From the NCBI GenBank assembly GCA_965216565.1, contig OZ244170.1:3456001-3520000 (forward strand): DNA of 64,000 bases. Reading direction: 5' to 3'. This document shows, one piece after another, positions 60,826 through 64,000 of this stretch. Source of the DNA: Bythopirellula sp. GTDB taxonomy: Bacteria > Planctomycetota > Planctomycetia > Pirellulales > Lacipirellulaceae. The first letter of the stretch is position 1, and each line of letters begins with the position of its first letter. Made by a program: the position numbers and the translations under genes. The notes beneath the pieces were generated by a model, which was given only the letters and a program-made list of their open reading frames with translations, was not told the DNA's origin and searched no databases.

Positions 60826-63800
60826 ATGCGGCGGTATCTGATTCTCTTGCTGGCCGGTATCTTGGCAGTCCCGACTTTTAGTCACTCATCCGCTTTGGCT
60901 ATCAACCGCAGTTGGGACAGTGGAGGGTCGAACGACAACTGGTCGAACACGTCTAACTGGTCCCCCAACGGCGACCCTGGCGGCGATGATTTGTTCATCG
61001 GCAATCTGCCCGCAGGTCAAAATCAATTCACCCTTGTCGATTTCGACTACTCGATCGATACGCTCAGCATGAGTGGCGGGTCGTCGGCCGACACCGATGG
61101 CAACCAACTTGATGTCAACGGCCTGACGTCTCTTGCCACTGGTTCAAACGCTCTCTTACGACTGCGGGAGCGGACGACCGGCAGTCCCTTGTTTCCTCAA
61201 TCTTTGGTTACCAATACGCTAACCGTCGGAGAATCGTCGACTGTCGAAATGTACGATGATTCCGTTCTAGAGGTCGACAGCGGTCTGTTCACCCTTCGTG
61301 GCACTCTGGTTGGCAATGGCGAACTGCAGCTTACTGACGTTGTTCCCTCAGCAACATCGCTATTCAACAATTCGGGCACCTTGTCTGTGGGGATAGCCCC
61401 TTTCGGCATCAATCCCCCTGCGCGAACCCTGACGATCAACCGCAGCACGCCCAACGCCCGTATCGATTTGGATGGCGATGGTACCGGCGTGGTCAGCTTG
61501 CAACAGAATGCCACACTCGATAACAACGTGCAGATCATTGAACCTTTCAGTGGCAATCTCAACATGGGCCCCAATTCCACAGTCGATATGGCAGACGCCT
61601 GGCAGGTCGACGGCAACATCAACATCAACTCGTCGGAGTTCTTTCTGACCGCTCCAGCCACCATCACCGGCGGGCTGTTGGGCCTCGACAGCAGCGGGGT
61701 GATCACCCTCGACGAAGCAGACGAAGAACTACACTTCGACGCACCGCTCCTATCCGGCGGCACCGTCGCCAATAGCGGAACGATCACTTTCAACGAGGAC
61801 GCCCAGTTCAGTTCGAGCGGCGATTTTCAGATGAACGGTGCGAGCGCCAGCATGGTGGTGAACTCGAATGTGACCATCTCCCAAGATGGTTTCAACCTGG
61901 ACGGAAATGGAACGGCCACGAACGTTATCGATATCAATCAAGGCGGACGCCTCGATTTGGTCGGAGCACCTGAACTTCGTGTAGATAACGTGATCAATAT
62001 TAACGGCGGAGAACTCGTACTTCGTGATTATTTCCTTGAGTTCAACAATCTTGTTGTCCTAAATTCTACGCCGACATCCTCCGCCAAAATCCTATCCGAA
62101 TTTGGCCCCGGAAATTCACCACATAATCTCGGAGATGGCGTCGGCACTGGAGACGCAAGATTAAATGTTGTCGGAAACGGCGTGTCGGAGATCGAAGTAC
62201 CGGCCAGTAATGAAGTCTTCGTGTTTGAAAGTGACGCCTTGGTAGATGTGGCCCTTGGGTCAACCTTGGAGATCAATGGGCTGCTGACGATTATGCCCGG
62301 AGCTCAAGTCACAGGCGAAGGGGTCTTCCGAACCGGTAGGCTTGGCATCCTTGAAGGCGACACCACAATAGATGTCGCAACAATCGATTTTGACTATGGC
62401 TTGAATACCAACATTTCGTTTCCAGACCATTTTATCGGCGGCCATTTAACTATCAATGCCGATGCCATTGAGGAAACAGACTCGGGCTTCGATGGCGATA
62501 TGGAAGTCCGCTTCGATGACAATGTCCTAAGTCCTTATAATGGCCGCCTGACGATGAACGTCCCCGGTGGCTGGCGGTTCAACTCTGGCACAATCACACT
62601 AGACCTGATCTCCGGCTCCGCACCCAGTATGCTCAGCGGAGATCGAGTCACCATCGGGTCGGCTGCCACACTCGTTGCCGATGGACAAGGCATTATTGTC
62701 GACGCTCCATTTACACTAGAGGGCAATCTCAGTATTCCCGATCCAAATCACATCCTCAACTCAACAGGCCCCTTAGGCGGTCCCCGACTCGAAAACCGCA
62801 TCGAAGGCGGCAGCATTACGGGGCTTGGCTCCCTAGGACTCATTGATTCGAATCTCGCCGGCTTCGGCTCTATCAACCCCGAGATCAATGCTGCCAACAG
62901 TTCTCGCATCACCGCCGACGATGGCACCCTCAATATCAATGGCAACATCGAGAATGTGGGCGAACTGGTTGTCACCGACGATGGTGTTCTCAATGTTGCC
63001 TTGCCGTGGACAACAAGCGATACCGACACGGGACTCGAACTCCAAGGCGGGGAAGTATCGGGAGCGTCTATCAACAACATCGGCAACGGCATCCGTGGCC
63101 ATGGTCTCGTCACCGCACAGATATTCAACCTCGGCACCATCCGTGCCGAAGGGGGCGGCACGCTCATTTTCGATCCTACTACGGGATCCAACACCTACAA
63201 TCAATCGTCTTCGCAAGGAGATTTCATCGCAGATACTGCAGATTTGATCTTACGCAATCCAGGCGGAACACAGAGCACGTTCGGTGAAGTACAAGTAGGT
63301 AGCGGACAAGAAATCTCTATCGAAGGGTTTCGTCTAAACTATGAGCCAGGGGCGCGGCTATTCATTACTGAAGGAACGTATCGCACCCAGGATCGCTTTT
63401 CATTCGATGGTATTTTGGACATAGCTGGAACAACTCCGAGTCGCATTGTTGTCGAGTCTTCGTTCACGACAGTGTTCCTCTCGGATACCGACGCAGATCT
63501 CGATGCTGATTTGGAACTCGACGTCCCAATTGCTGCTATCGTACCCGGCGCGTCATTTAGTGGTGCAGGTGCGCTTATTATTTTGGATGGCAGTCGGCTG
63601 CACTTACAAGACGGGGCGAATGTTGGGGTGGCCGTCGAGAACCAAGGATCGATTTCGCCAGGCGCCAGCAACTTTGACAATGCCGGAATGGTCACGGTGG
63701 ACGCATTTGAGCAAACTACAACCGGCATCTTACAGGCCGACATTAGCGGAGTCGCTCCTGGTACCTTCGATCTACTGACCGTAGACAACAACGCGCTATT

Positions 63801-64000
63801 GGATGGCACTTTGGAGGTCAATCTGTTCGATGGCTTCGAGCCGATTCTAGGCAACAGTTTTACGATCCTCGAAACCACCTTTGGAAACGTCGGCGGCACA
63901 TTTGACAATTTAGATTTCCCCATCTTCAACGGCCTGACCTTCGGTGTCGTCTACAATCCCCAAAGCGTCGTGCTGCAAGTAGTGCAAAGCGCCGATGTCG
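60826..64000 (+). CDS. Large secreted beta-strand-repeat (autotransporter-passenger-like) surface protein, runs off the 3' end
   Basis: GGAGAGG SD, ATG at 60826, signal peptide MRRYLILLLAGILAVPTFSHSSALA, then W..G....W....NWSP; G/N/T/D/I-rich; same frame at the window end. Confidence 0.85.
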   Translation, partial: MRRYLILLLAGILAVPTFSHSSALAINRSWDSGGSNDNWSNTSNWSPNGDPGGDDLFIGNLPAGQNQFTLVDFDYSIDTLSMSGGSSADTDGNQLDVNGLTSLATGSNALLRLRERTTGSPLFPQSLVTNTLTVGESSTVEMYDDSVLEVDSGLFTLRGTLVGNGELQLTDVVPSATSLFNNSGTLSVGIAPFGINPPARTLTINRSTPNARIDLDGDGTGVVSLQQNATLDNNVQIIEPFSGNLNMGPNSTVDMADAWQVDGNININSSEFFLTAPATITGGLLGLDSSGVITLDEADEELHFDAPLLSGGTVANSGTITFNEDAQFSSSGDFQMNGASASMVVNSNVTISQDGFNLDGNGTATNVIDINQGGRLDLVGAPELRVDNVININGGELVLRDYFLEFNNLVVLNSTPTSSAKILSEFGPGNSPHNLGDGVGTGDARLNVVGNGVSEIEVPASNEVFVFESDALVDVALGSTLEINGLLTIMPGAQVTGEGVFRTGRLGILEGDTTIDVATIDFDYGLNTNISFPDHFIGGHLTINADAIEETDSGFDGDMEVRFDDNVLSPYNGRLTMNVPGGWRFNSGTITLDLISGSAPSMLSGDRVTIGSAATLVADGQGIIVDAPFTLEGNLSIPDPNHILNSTGPLGGPRLENRIEGGSITGLGSLGLIDSNLAGFGSINPEINAANSSRITADDGTLNINGNIENVGELVVTDDGVLNVALPWTTSDTDTGLELQGGEVSGASINNIGNGIRGHGLVTAQIFNLGTIRAEGGGTLIFDPTTGSNTYNQSSSQGDFIADTADLILRNPGGTQSTFGEVQVGSGQEISIEGFRLNYEPGARLFITEGTYRTQDRFSFDGILDIAGTTPSRIVVESSFTTVFLSDTDADLDADLELDVPIAAIVPGASFSGAGALIILDGSRLHLQDGANVGVAVENQGSISPGASNFDNAGMVTVDAFEQTTTGILQADISGVAPGTFDLLTVDNNALLDGTLEVNLFDGFEPILGNSFTILETTFGNVGGTFDNLDFPIFNGLTFGVVYNPQSVVLQVVQSADV

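Noticed and set aside
60886..63929. Short track ORFs across the last 3 kb
   Set aside because: Shadows of the long plus-strand gene starting at 60826.

Overview
This is a gene-dense chromosomal window from a planctomycete. The Pirellulales/Lacipirellulaceae assignment is my inference from gene content: Topo VI A, a very long LptD, a MoxR-DUF58-BatA-vWA/DUF4159 cluster, SHD1 and DUF1080 proteins, and a secreted beta-strand-repeat protein. It holds about 53 coding regions. Most are housekeeping: hisF, dinG, thiS-thiG, futalosine-pathway mqnE/ubiA/ubiX/menG, a split dimeric GlyRS, a Rieske/cytochrome b complex, nrnA, PII, glnE, miaB, pepF, fabH and pyrE. There is also a VapBC toxin-antitoxin pair. 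I found no rRNA, tRNA, CRISPR array, transposase or integrase. The most notable observations are: (1) a PilT / membrane-anchored pseudo-ATPase PilB / CvpA-like module; (2) many short 7-, 8- and 9-nt-periodic inverted-repeat arms at gene junctions, one pair bracketing an AT-richer orphan gene like a cassette; (3) a -1 frameshift in the essential GlyRS gene, most likely a homopolymer sequencing error; (4) a cytochrome b fused to a di-heme c domain near the menaquinone genes; (5) a hairpin sequestering the Shine-Dalgarno site upstream of the thiS-thiG unit; (6) several apparent pseudo-enzymes; (7) a secreted protein of more than 1050 aa that the ORF track missed. All product calls come from motif recognition by eye; no database search was run.
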